64,000 bases of DNA from Schizochytrium sp. TIO01 (GCA_004764695.1 SMSO01000032.1:4248483-4312482); one strand, 5' to 3'; positions 12,296 through 23,712 are shown, counted from the stretch's first letter. Notes: a model not told the origin generated them from the letters alone. Made by a program: numbers and translations.

Positions 12296-13279
12296 ATGAA
12301 GTCTTTCATGCAACGCCGTCACCAAGCCATCACATCGCAAAAGATGTCTAAGTACAAGACTGAAAAGTCTCGTGATGATACAGACAATTTTTCTTCCCTC
12401 TCTGAGCGTCTAGTATCTGATCTTCGAAACCAAATCAACGAGGTAAGCTCGTTGGATGTTTATAGCGAGTCTTGGATTGACCTAACCTTCATCATTGAGC
12501 GAATTGCCAACATTGTGCGTGCAGAAAGTGCCATTGAAGCAGACGAGGCTGAGCTTGAATCGAAGGAAGCCAAGGCATCAACTCTCTGGGAAAGTGATGA
12601 AGTCGCTCTGCGCATTCTTCTTGAGGATGGAAAAGCGAACGTGCTTCTTCGCATGCTGCAATCGTACAAAGAAGCCCAACATCTTGCGTTTCCAAACGCA
12701 GACCATCCGTTTAATGTAGAACCTAGGGTTCGTGACGCGGGAGTGCGATACGAAGCAGGGCTTTGTACAATTCTGCACCATGGGCTTATGCATTCTGAGA
12801 TTTCAGAGACGGTGGACCTTACCGTTCTTCTTGCTACGATTGAAGGTGCGTTTGCCTTTGCAGTTGCTCATCCTGAGGCATTCCAACATGATATCGAGAC
12901 CAGTCTGGAGGGAGCTGGTTTTGCATTGCTAGCGACTGTCATTAGTCACTTTGAGGAACAGGATGCGGAGGCACGCATCATTCCTATTGTACTTGAGCAT
13001 AATCTTTTGGCTCTGAGCATGCAACACCTTCTCGTCAATGTTGATCTCTTGTCTTCCAACGACCAAGACATGGCCCTTATTACTGTGTCTCACATTGTGA
13101 AGACAGAAGACTTTGGAATTCGAGAAGAAAAGTATCTTCCTTCTTCAGCTGATGAAGACAACTTGCTCAAGCTCAAGCCAATCGCCGAACAAAATATTAG
13201 TCGCACACCAGAGCTACGTCGTATTTTGCGCCCCTTGACTGATGAGTTATCCCGTAGGGTTCGAGCCTGTAAAAAGTGA
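12296..13279 (+). CDS. Hypothetical alpha-helical protein (start may be the ATG at 12344)
   Basis: 327-aa ORF with globular, helical composition; no family recognised. Confidence 0.75.
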   Translation: MKSFMQRRHQAITSQKMSKYKTEKSRDDTDNFSSLSERLVSDLRNQINEVSSLDVYSESWIDLTFIIERIANIVRAESAIEADEAELESKEAKASTLWESDEVALRILLEDGKANVLLRMLQSYKEAQHLAFPNADHPFNVEPRVRDAGVRYEAGLCTILHHGLMHSEISETVDLTVLLATIEGAFAFAVAHPEAFQHDIETSLEGAGFALLATVISHFEEQDAEARIIPIVLEHNLLALSMQHLLVNVDLLSSNDQDMALITVSHIVKTEDFGIREEKYLPSSADEDNLLKLKPIAEQNISRTPELRRILRPLTDELSRRVRACKK

Positions 13280-13656
13280 TAACTACAAACCTTCACTTCC
13301 TTCTCGTTTTCTTCTTCAAGGCCATATTCTGAATCTTCATCGATTGACTACCTTCAACGAACACCTCTCAGAGATCCACTTTGGTTGTTCCCGTGTGACA
13401 CGATAAAGCTCCCAGCCATCCCAATCCAGTTCTTATTTTTATAAATAAACAAAGTACATCCTTTCTGTTGTTTGGCCCTTCACCACGTATTTGCGAATGG
13501 GTGTTTGGCTTTGACTTTAAATTTAGCCCAAGCTGAATTAGATGAACTTTAAGAATAGCGTCTATCTGTTGAGTGAGTATTGTACTCTTGCAAGTGGTAG
13601 GTACCAACTATTGCTGCCACTCCAAGTCCCTGTTCTTGCTTTGAAAAATAAAAAAC

Positions 13657-13713
13657 AAGAAGAAGAAGAAGAAGAAGAAGAAGAAATAAAATAAAATAAT
13701 AAAATAATAATAA
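13657..13713. repeat. (GAA)n followed by (AATAA/AAT)n microsatellite
   Basis: Visible tandem runs. Confidence 0.85.
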
Positions 13714-14425
13714 TCATATGATAGTGATAATATATGGAATAGTCATTAACATTTAGGTCATATAAGTTCTAACGTTTTCATAGGAACTGATGACCTCAGG
13801 GGGTCTATTGGTTTAGTACTAGGAAGGAACTCTTTCCTTGTGGGCAGTTCAGGTGTACGCGAACTTTATCCCTCCTTACAATAATATAACTCCGCCAGAC
13901 CCTGCTGCAAGACGTCTCACATCCCTGACGAGAGGAGCTCGCTTTCTCAAAACCGGCTTAGATTTGCAACAAAATAAATTTGGTGCGCCAGACCAGTTTT
14001 CAGGATAAGAGAAGCTCTGCAAATAGCAGTTCTCAGTGGCACCAGCAACATCAATCAGGCTGCTCTTGCACAAGAGTTTCTCTGACGAAGCTTAGACAAA
14101 CTTACGGGCCTGCAACAAAGCAGACTTAGATATTTACGCAGGGGACGGTTGGAAGGTGAGATTTCACATCCGTCAAAAAAAGGTGGTTTGCCGTGCTTCG
14201 CGAAAACTTCGTCTTGTTCTGAACGGACACCCCCTACTTAATAAATAGATCAACAAAGGAAACGGAGGAGGCAATCCTGTTGCTTTCCCTGCTGCATTCA
14301 AACTATACTACAACCGACAGCATTGGATGGGCATCTGTTGAAGTATCGTGCTGATACCTTCGCTTTGGACAGCAGCTAAAATATTGACTACTTAATGGAA
14401 ATCTGGCAAGTCTAATCCAAAAGCA

Positions 14426-14944
14426 ATGAATGGCTTATTGGCATGTGTTGGCAAGCGCAGGACATGTTTCTTTAGCCTCACAGATGAAAGAGTCCAGCGA
14501 AAAGCAATCCAAGGCAATCCACAAGAACGCTCGAGTTTAACAGATATTGGTGCACCACGAGTAAGGCCCATGCAACCAGACTCAGTAATAAATCACTTTG
14601 TTACTTATGGACGCAAATGCAATTGTTGTGATAACCCTCTAGGGAAAGACACTGAGAATTTGAAGGTTGCAAAGATTGGGGGATCTTACTTTTGTTTTTG
14701 TTCGGATGATTGCTGGTATCAATGGCTTAATAAAGTTTCAACAACCCAAGAATCGAAGAGCACAAAGTCGATTCCCTCTACAGCGAACCAACTTCAACCT
14801 TCTCTCCTGCCTTGCAAAACCTTAGAGCTGAGCCCCCAAAGCACTGTTATGTCAAAAACAAGAACAAGAAGTAGCAGCGCCCCTCTGCATATTCGATTAT
14901 CTGCGCCAGGGAAAAGAATCACTCCTCGCGCTAATATTTTGTAA
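14426..14944 (+). CDS. Small protein with TRASH/FCS-type treble-clef zinc finger and Ser/Thr-rich tail
   Basis: ATG-initiated 172-aa ORF with CNCC-x22-FCSDDC. Confidence 0.6.
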   Translation: MNGLLACVGKRRTCFFSLTDERVQRKAIQGNPQERSSLTDIGAPRVRPMQPDSVINHFVTYGRKCNCCDNPLGKDTENLKVAKIGGSYFCFCSDDCWYQWLNKVSTTQESKSTKSIPSTANQLQPSLLPCKTLELSPQSTVMSKTRTRSSSAPLHIRLSAPGKRITPRANIL

Positions 14945-15704
14945 AGACAATATTATGCAGGCTTATGAAGAATGAGCGGTTTCCCTACAGTGCTTCGAGG
15001 GAAACGACAGTGTTTCAAGGGAAACAATTTTTTAAAAGCATCAAACCAAAAACAAGCATGGACACAGAGATGGGAGAAAATTGCATAAATCGTGGAGGTA
15101 TTTTGATACCAAATTGTTACTGATGACTCTATACTATAACAGAGAACGACATTTCATTCGCAAGACTATCAGAGTATCATAATGTTTAAAAGGAACTCAA
15201 GAAAAAATTTGGAAAAATTTAGAAATGAATACTGTTTATAGGCATCACGAGGTCAAAAGAGGTTCAAATCAAAACAAAGGCTGGTTCAAATATCAAACGA
15301 ACGGCACAGTTGGTACTACTGCTTTAAATTTGATCCCTCTGTTTGCTTTGTAGCAATAACCACGGGTGTCCAAATACACCAACTCCAAAATTAGAGAGGA
15401 GTAGGTAAATAGAGAATGGAAATGGGCAGAAATTTTCTATGTATGACTGCAGGCGCCTACAGACAAGGAGATAAGTCTTTCTATAATCATTTCAGGTGAA
15501 TTTGTCTAGAAGTGGCAGAAAATAAAATTCGGCACAACATCATAGCGACCTCTACTACAAAAAAGAAAGAAAACGCCAACCTCGGCTTCGGCGCAAACAA
15601 GACAGCGTGCGAGCCAAGGAGTCAACGAGCAAGCTTGAAGTGTTTTCAAAGCTCAATATATTTGAGATAAATGACAACATCCTCGATGACAGGCAAGGAG
15701 TACT

Positions 15705-16874
15705 TTAGTTAGCCTGAGCAGCAGACCCAGCGCCTTCAGGGCGAGCCATGTGGCACTTAAAGCAGCGATCACGGAAGGCAAAGACCTGAGCTCCACACGG
15801 GCAGTGCCAATCTCCAGGCCGAGACTGTCTCTGTTGCGGCGGCCCTGCTGCTCCAGGGTTAGAAGCACCATAAGGTCCTCCAGGTGGTTGCGGCATGTTC
15901 ATCGCCATCCCATGCGGTCTCATCGGGGGCATACCAGGATACCCCGGAACACCGCCTGCCATGGGGGGTTGCATTTGCATTCCTGGTGCTCCATACATCA
16001 TCGGGGGCGGTCCTCCTCCAGGAGCTCCATTGGACCTCGGCATCTTGCATCTCTGGCAGCTGTTTCTGGACGCAAAGTTGTGGTTCCTGCATTGCGGATT
16101 CTCACAAAGCCAGTCACCAGGCCTAAAGTTTGCTGGCATTCCTCCACCAGGCGCTCCAGGTGGCATCTGAGGCATTCCCATGCCATACTGACCTCCCATG
16201 GGTGGTTGCTGCATCATGTGCGGCGGGCGCGGTGTACGGCACTTAAAGCACTGCATTCGCGATGCAAAGTTCATGACGCCACATTCAGTGCAGTTCCAAT
16301 CTCCTGGCATAGCTCCATTTCCCGCTGCAGGGTGAGGAACTCCAAAATGTGGAGCTCCATACTGTTGTGGGGCTCCGTAGGGGTGGAACTGAGGCATGCC
16401 TCCCGCTCTCGGGAGCCTGCACCTGAAGCAAAAGTTGCGTGATGCAAAGTTGTGGTGTCCATTTGGGCAATCCCAATCTCCATCGCGGCGGTTCTGGTCA
16501 CGAGATCCAGCTGCGGAACCCCCTGCTCCAGGAGGCACGCCACCGGGACGCGGTGTGCGACACTTGAAGCAAGTGCCACGCGAACCGAAGCACAAGATAC
16601 CGCAGTTAGGACAGTCCCAGTCGCCTTCACGGCGACTACCACTGTTATTTCCATCACGGTTGCCGTCACGGTGGCGATCATTATCACGGTGGCGATCATT
16701 GTTGCCGTCACGGTGACGATTGTCGCGGCGATCGCGATGATCGCGATGGTTCTCGCGGCGGTCACTGTTGTAACGTGAGCGGTTCTCACGACCCCGAGAA
16801 CGAGATCTCGAACGCGATGCAGACCGCGAACGAGACCGGGAGCGACGGTAGCGACGGTCTCTGCGACCATCGCG

Positions 16875-16905
<31 letters not shown>

Positions 16906-17180
16906 GGGCTGCCTTTAGAACGACGAGGATCCTCGTCATGGCCAGAAGACTCCTGAGGCTTGCCAGGGGCCAACAGAGAGTCGGCGGCAGCGATAGCATT
17001 GTCCTCGGTATTTTCGGTTGCACATGCGTCGGATTCCTTGTTGTTGTTACTCAGCTGCTCATGCTCCTCAACCTGTTTATCCTCAGTCGCTGTGGCAGTG
17101 ATGGTATCGGCCGGGGTCTCCTCCTTGGCCGGTGACGCTGGCGGTGTGGCAGGCGCCGCTGATTCCTGGCCCTCACTCAT
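15705..17180 (-). CDS. RNA-binding protein with RS/RD-rich region and five RanBP2-type zinc fingers
   Basis: [21 protein letters not shown]-like repeats, five GDWxC..NFASR..CFKC units separated by Gly/Pro/Met-rich linkers. First ATG at 17180 (the track starts at TTG 17192). Finger 2 (CPNGHH) lacks its second Cys. Confidence 0.92.
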
Positions 17181-17781
17181 TGTCTCCTCCAACCTGGTCT
17201 TTCGCTCGATCCCCTCGGGCGTGGCGAAGGTTTAATAGAATTTCTATTTGGTCCGTCGCCACAAAGCTCCACACGTGACTCAACGCTCCACCTCAACACG
17301 ATCTCAACACGATCAATCGATGATCCACGAACCTAACCTGCATATCATAATAACAAACACAAACGCAAACACACAATATCATCAACATCAGCCATCCCTG
17401 CTCACCACTTCACCCTCTTGCTTACACATCATGGCAATTATACTCTTCGTGTGGCCACTTCGACGATGATTTCACAATGATCGTTCTGTCAATGCTCCAT
17501 GCGCTTATGTGACCCTTCGCAAAGAACTGGCTTCTCATTCATCCACTTGGCAAAATGTTTAAGCATATCTTGGCATATAGTTTCGCTTCGATTATGACTC
17601 CATGGGGTTGATATAGTTCTCGTCATGGCAACTCTAAGCACAAATTTAGCACCAAAAGATCATTAGGGACTTCGGTCCCAGATCTTCTATCTTGTACTGC
17701 AGGCCAAACAGGAGTACAAACTTCACACAAGGGATTGGTAACTTGGAAAGAAGAAGAGACCATCAACCTCTCTACAGGACT

Positions 17782-18114
17782 CTACAGAACATTAAAGACG
17801 AGAACAAAGCAACAGACAAGGATTGCCATTATAGTGGGTCCGATGCTAGTTGACACTGGAGAAGAAGTAGTCGAAAGTAGTTGAAGAAGACGCAAGACAT
17901 CACCCTCATATCCAAGCAGCCTATTCCTTAGTGCCCAAACTAGACAGTTTCCCAAACACGCCTGCTTTTGATTTATCGAGACCAAACCTCTTTCCTCCAA
18001 ATGATCCACGACGTCCTCCATTCGTATGTTCCCTCTCCGTCCACCATCCTTGGGCAGTTCAAGGCCAGCTACCTCGAACCCTTCGATAGTGAACGAGTGA
18101 CCTGAATTGTTCAT
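17782..18114 (-). CDS. Possible small protein with C-terminal transmembrane segment
   Basis: ATG at 18114, 110 codons, hydrophobic tail IMAILVCCFVLVFNVL; no homology recognised and 5-prime end unclear. Confidence 0.35.
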   Translation of the reverse strand: MNNSGHSFTIEGFEVAGLELPKDGGRRGNIRMEDVVDHLEERGLVSINQKQACLGNCLVWALRNRLLGYEGDVLRLLQLLSTTSSPVSTSIGPTIMAILVCCFVLVFNVL

Positions 18115-18660
18115 TCGTAGAGTCGTCGCCACAAACGACCAATAACCACCGTCATCTTCTCGCGCCGCTCAGGAGCCGCCGTCGCCAGGAACCAGACCAG
18201 GCCACACCAGGTCAGCGCCGTCAATGTCAATGTTGCCGCTTAGGCCCAACACCATCCGCCTTCGCTCGTTTGCTCACTCACCCTCCGAGGTTCCGAATTT
18301 GGTTTAGCGATCATGATTCAAGTCAAATCGTCGAAATGAAAAAGAAGAAGAAAGAAGGAGCCACGAAAGAATGATAATACACTATGGTTAACACTAGTTT
18401 GACTCCTATCGTAATAGAACAGATACAGAGGCAACGTAAGAGGGCGTTCTTATTATTGGTACTGTAGAACAGTACAGAGCGAGCACCACTGTACCGCTCG
18501 CCAAGAACCAGTCAACGAGAGCGAATGAAGTGGAGAAAGCGATGTAATGAGTGCGATGCGCAGCAAGAACTTGCAAGCTTAAGGAGCGGTTTCCAATTGG
18601 CGGATTGGTGGACAAGCAGTTCTGCAAGTGGCCTTGGACTGGTGTGGGTTGTGAGGGAAG

Positions 18661-19629
18661 ATGGCAAAGCGAGAGGGCTCCGAGTCGGCCTCGAAGAGGC
18701 GCAGAAGTGTGAGCCGCGATGCGTCTTCGGCTGTGAAGAAGGCCAAGAGCACTCGCACGCCTAAAAAGCAGCTCACGCGTGAGGAAAGCGACGATGAGGA
18801 TAACGAAGAGGTTCTTTTGCAGCAAAAGAACCTCAGCAACAAGAAGAATGATAAAGCTATCAACGTGAAAAAGGCCCAGGATGAGGATGATGCAGAAAGC
18901 AGTGATGCTGAAGATGATGGTGAGGACAAAAAGGCCCAGGGTCTCGAAAGTGACGAAGACGACGAAGAAGAGGATGATGATCAAGATGACGAAGAGGAAG
19001 ATGGAGATAGTGACAGTGATATCGAGGGCATGTTTAACTCTCGACTCCGTTACAGACTGCAACGTATGGCGCATGACAGCGTTGATCCTGATGCAGACCC
19101 CGAAGAAATCGACGAAGATGAGGATGAGGAAGATGGCGAAAGTGGCGATGAAGAAGAAGAGGAGCTTGACGAAGACTTTGATGCCGAGGCTGCAATGGAG
19201 GCTGTGGAGAGACTCAAGGGACCACTTGGGGATCTTGTACCTATCAAGGGCGACGTGAATGGCAAGTTTGGCTACCGGTGCCGTCACTGCCCTGGAAAGC
19301 TTCTCATCTCTGAAAATGATGTGGCTTTGCACATCACCTCAAAGCTTCATAAGAAGAAGGCTTTTAAAGGTCGCATCCAAAATCTTAACAAGGAGGACTA
19401 CCAAGCTTATCTTGAGAAAAAGCGTGCCAAGAGCAAGGAAAAGCAGGCACGCCGCAGCGAGCGCAACAAGGAGGTCTTGGAAAAGAAGAAGGAAAAGCTC
19501 AAGGCTGTCAAGGCTGAAAAGATGACCAAGGAACAGATTGAGGCCCGAAAGATTCGCTTTCAGCGCAAGAAGGCCCGTCGTCAGGCACGCAAAGAAGGCA
19601 AGTCTGTTTCTGATGACGAGGAGGCATGA
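18661..19629 (+). CDS. Acidic/basic nuclear (probably nucleolar) protein with one C2H2 (U1/matrin-like) zinc finger
   Basis: Basic N-terminus (KRRRS), long D/E tracts, CRHC-x13-HITSKLH, Lys/Arg-rich coiled-coil C-terminus. Confidence 0.85.
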   Translation: MAKREGSESASKRRRSVSRDASSAVKKAKSTRTPKKQLTREESDDEDNEEVLLQQKNLSNKKNDKAINVKKAQDEDDAESSDAEDDGEDKKAQGLESDEDDEEEDDDQDDEEEDGDSDSDIEGMFNSRLRYRLQRMAHDSVDPDADPEEIDEDEDEEDGESGDEEEEELDEDFDAEAAMEAVERLKGPLGDLVPIKGDVNGKFGYRCRHCPGKLLISENDVALHITSKLHKKKAFKGRIQNLNKEDYQAYLEKKRAKSKEKQARRSERNKEVLEKKKEKLKAVKAEKMTKEQIEARKIRFQRKKARRQARKEGKSVSDDEEA

Positions 19630-20334
19630 ATGGTTCACCTGATCTAAACACCCTATATTCTGCGCCTATCTTGCGCTCTTTTAACTATGCGCATGCCATG
19701 CTAGGGCATATTTTTTTAGTCGCCATAGCGCGGCTGATTGGATAAACTGTCAGCGGCGTGGGGTAGGCAACAAACTCTTCCTACCGCGACTTCACGAAGC
19801 AGACAGGAATATGCGAACTCAATACAATAGCTACGAACACTTTTCTCTTTTTTTCTTTTTTTTTCACAAGGGTATTGATAGATTTCGCAGGTCTCATCTT
19901 ACACTGGTCCTCTATCAACAATGACGGAAGCTCTTACCAAATAGGTGTGAGTTTTCTTCGTTACGTCCTATGTCTAATACAACTCATACGTAACAGCTTT
20001 AAATCAACTACTAACAAACTTCATTTTCACTTTAAAGAACCAATCTTGACCTTTACTAAACTTAGTTGCGTGACCCCCAAGCCTTTCATCATTTCAGTTC
20101 ATGAGTCATAGAACATGTCAGTGAGAGCATCATACAAATCGTTCACTCAAGTATTTCAATGCAAGGTAAATCAGCTCTCAAGTTACAAACCAGCAAGAGA
20201 CCGTACAAGGTTTAGAAGGGCTAATTAGAAATAATGACGACCAAAATAATCTAGTATGTCATAATCTCTTCGTCACATTTTGGCATATTTCTCGTTTATA
20301 TGTTTTCTGTATTTCACGTAGTCTCTAACAAAGT

Positions 20335-21221
20335 TTATTCCTGCATGTCAGCATCGTTGTCATTGTCTTCCGCTGCCGAAGGTTGGTGCTGCTGCTGCAC
20401 CAGGGTGTTTTGCACGGTATAAGAGTTTCTGACACGGTTAGATCGACGGGTAGGAATCGTGGTCCAGCCATCATCTTCTTCAGCAGCCTGCGCGGCACCC
20501 TCGCCTTGCTGTTGTTGCTGCTGCTGCTGTTCGTCAGATGCCTGAGCACCTGTGCCAGGTGCCGGAGCGGGAGCAGCAGGGGGAGCACTTTGCGGCAAGA
20601 CGGGGACGGTGAGAAGTGCGAGAGGCTGCTTCTCAGTGCCGGCGGCCTCAAAGGCGGGTTCTCCAAGAATATGGCGGAGTCCGGTGGTGGTACCGTTGCG
20701 GGATTCCTCAAAAATACGGCAAATGACTTGTGCCAATGAATTGCACATGTTGTTCTCAATCTCGGCATTGAAGCGATCCTCCATAGTGTCGACAAGGAAC
20801 TCCGTGAGGTCTTCAGGGTCCACGCCGCCGGTCTGGGCGCGTGCCGCAAAGTTGGCCAGTGCATCATCCACAATCTTGGTACGGGAGTACAGCGGGTCGC
20901 TGTCGCTCCATGCGCCTTCGACCGCCATTTTCATGACCTGTATATAGATGCATGCAATCAAAGATTCCAATATAGGCAAACTCTGGTCAGTTATCACTGT
21001 TCTAGCCTCAATGCTGAGCTCATTAAAAAAATGTCTTCCACGCCAAAAACGCTTGCTTCATAGCAGACATCGTAGGCATGGCAGATGAGGTGATTCGATT
21101 TACTTACGTCCCATTCCACAAGCAGCTTGTAAACAGCGGCCTCAAAGCAGAACCAGAGAGGGGACTGAGGGGTCACCCAGTCGCGCTCCTGCGCAATCTT
21201 TACGCGTGCAGGCCTGTCCAT
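20335..21221 (-). CDS. TSR2: Pre-rRNA-processing protein TSR2 (WGG domain), two exons: 21221-21108 and 20937-20335
   Basis: A GTAAGT...CAG intron (21107-20938, 170 nt, phase 0) joins FEAAVYKLLVEWD to VMKMAVEGAWSD. LTEFLVDTMEDRFNAEIENN and EEDDGWTTIPTRR are typical of Tsr2. The WGG motif reads WSD here. Confidence 0.85.
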
Positions 21222-22151
21222 GGTGAGTCTCGAACGCAGAACTCGTCACGAGAAAAAACAAAGAAAGACTTTGGTGGCCAGTGCACTCCTCTCATAGTTT
21301 CCTTATTTCCTGCTTTCTTCTTTCTTCTGAAGGTGACATGGTAGGTATAACAACAGTAGTAGCACTCTTATGAAACGCCCCATTTTTAATGCACGCTAGG
21401 ACTTTGTTAGCGATACCATAAAGTAGCACTACATTTCATTCAATTATCTAGCTGTGATGTCATTTGAATCGAGCAAGGAAATGAGCATTGTGGATATGCA
21501 TAGGTGTCCTAAATAGACCATGCAGCAGCTGTGCATCCGTTCAGAAAGAATAATGAAGCGTCAGACTTGTAATATTTGAAGAGTGAAGGGAGCTTACTTG
21601 AGTTTAGGAGATCCTACAAGAAATAAAATTCTGTAATTCTAGCACCTGGTGCAAACAGGATGTATTCATGTATACAAGGATTATGGTGAGAGAGGGTTTT
21701 GTTTGGGAGAAGATAATAGAAAGTTTAATTCCTTTACTTTAAAATTGGGGAAAGAGGTCGGCATATAGGCATTAAGCATGACAATAGAGCTTCGTCCATG
21801 AGGTGTTTTTTCATAGCCGCAAAAGAGTACAGAACAGCGTTGAAAAAGGCATTACAAAGGCTCCCCACACGAAAATTCACGCATAGGTGCGCTGGATCTA
21901 GAACGAGAGAAATCCAAAAGTGATATTATAATCCTACCTTTTGGTTTTACACAAAAGGAGAAGCAAAGAAGGGTGATCTGATTTACTCGAAACCAACAGT
22001 GTTGGGGGTCTCGAGGTAAGTTTGACAATAAGTCGGAGGATTTCTTACAAGGATAATCGCCACCGTCGTTGTCATCGTTGTAATGATCATCACAGTCATT
22101 GCAACTAACGACAAAATGATGTATATGTAATAATAAAGAGGTCCAAGACGT

Positions 22152-23712
22152 TTACTGTTGCTCCTTTTGTTGTTTGGAAAATGTCGTAGAAAGCGATCCA
22201 ATATCCATGAAGTGACCCATGCGGCGAGCCTTTGCCTGCACGTAATTCATACTGTAGTCAGAGTTTGGTACAACGACGCACTCCAGACGTTCTGAAATTT
22301 TGATACCAAGGTTCTCAAGGCACTCGATCTTGCGAGGGTTGTTTGTGAGCAAGCGGATGCTTTGGATACCAAGATCCTCCAGAATATCCCTAACAGAATC
22401 GTACTCACGGGCATCGTCAGGTAATCCGAGATGGCGGTTTCGCATCAACTGTATCAAGGCCTGCCTCTTGCATAGCGTAAGCTGCAATTTTGTTTGCTAA
22501 GCCAATACCACGGCCCTCTTGCGGTAAGTAGAGAACCATGCCACCCTTGGGTGCTGTTGCAGTCTTGTTGGCGAGTTCCGGGTGCGGGCACTGCTTCATG
22601 CCGTGGTCAGGCACAGCAGATTCGCCCTTAATAAAATTGAGAGCAAAATCTAGCTGTTGCTTGCAATCACATTTGAGACTTCCAAAGATTTCACTAGTCA
22701 AGCACTGATCATGGACACGCACGACAACATCACTCTGGCCCTCGACATGGCCATGGATAATTGCCAAAGGCTCAGCGCCAGTGTATTTGTTACGGTAGGC
22801 ACGCACACGGTAGCGTCCATTAGCCGTGGGGAGAGTTGTCTCTGCCACAAATGCATAGTTAGATGTGCGAGACTCATGTGCCGGATTGCTACTTCCATTG
22901 AATCGCTCGGCATAGTTTTGATGTTTATACAAGGGCACAGAGCCCTCAACGTTATCAGTGCTCTGTTCGGAGTCGGTCTCCTCGTGTGATCCTTGAGCAC
23001 GGCCGCCCGTGCTCACGCCGTTTTCAGAAGCGACTTTGCTGGTCTTGACGTCCGCCTCGTTCTCGTCACCGATAGCAGCAAAGTTACCATCCAATTGGCG
23101 CTTGTCAATGATGTAACGCGTGCCGTAGTCATTATGGAGCACTTTGACGCCCCGTGGAATAGAAGAGTAGACGGAAATCAGGGCCAGGGCATCATCCAGG
23201 CAAAGGCGCGGGTAGTCCTGCATGTGGGGGGGGATAGGGATTCCAATGACTTCTCCGTGGTACACGCGAAGGTTGTGGTTGGATTTATCAAATTCGGGAA
23301 TGATGGTGAGGATGTTCCAGAACGGCTGGCCGTTTTTGCGATAATTGAGGATCACGACACTGGTCTGGCTCGTGTCCTTCATGGCCATACGCAGCTCTTC
23401 AACGTCTTCCGGGTCTGTTTTCGCACCCTGCAGAAAGTTGCATTTGCGACCCACCATTTCGGCCTCTTCGTATCCTGTGAAGTCCAGGAAGTTTGGCGTT
23501 ACGCTGAGAACAATACCTTTGTCATCTGTGAGAATCTCATTGGAAGGCATGCTCCCTGCTGCGAAATTGCTCGCGCTCTCAGCGCGTCTGCGGATGTTTC
23601 CTTTAACGACATGCGTGCCTCGAAAGTCCATCGGAATTTCTTCCACTTCAGACGCTGAAGACGACCTCGACCGCGGTGGGGAGGCATCTGAAGAGCTCGC
23701 TGCGTCCACCAT
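22152..23712 (-). CDS. ribA: LOV-domain / GTP cyclohydrolase II (RibA) fusion protein, about 519 aa once one extra A at 22438-22440 is removed
   Basis: LOV (about 23541-23242): FLDFTGYEEAEMVGRKCNFLQG, NYRKNGQPFWN. GCHII (about 22857-22200): VRVHDQC..FGSLKCDC, QEGRGIGLANKIAAY, GLDTVDA/NRHLGLPDDAREY, IRLLTNNPRK, YVQAKARRMGH. The two track ORFs 22417-23724 and 22152-22487 join exactly at DTVDA|NRHLG. Confidence 0.92.

Noticed and set aside
15750-17023. Long alternative-frame and antisense ORFs (230 and 250 aa)
   Set aside because: Shadows of the GC-rich, repetitive RanBP2-finger gene.
18406-19332. 308-aa hydrophobic ORF that looks like a membrane protein
   Set aside because: Antisense shadow of the D/E/K-rich gene at 18661-19629; GAA/GAT/AAG codons read as Phe/Ile/Leu on the other strand.
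22993-23658. 221-aa plus-strand ORF
   Set aside because: Antisense to the LOV region, no ATG start, no motifs.
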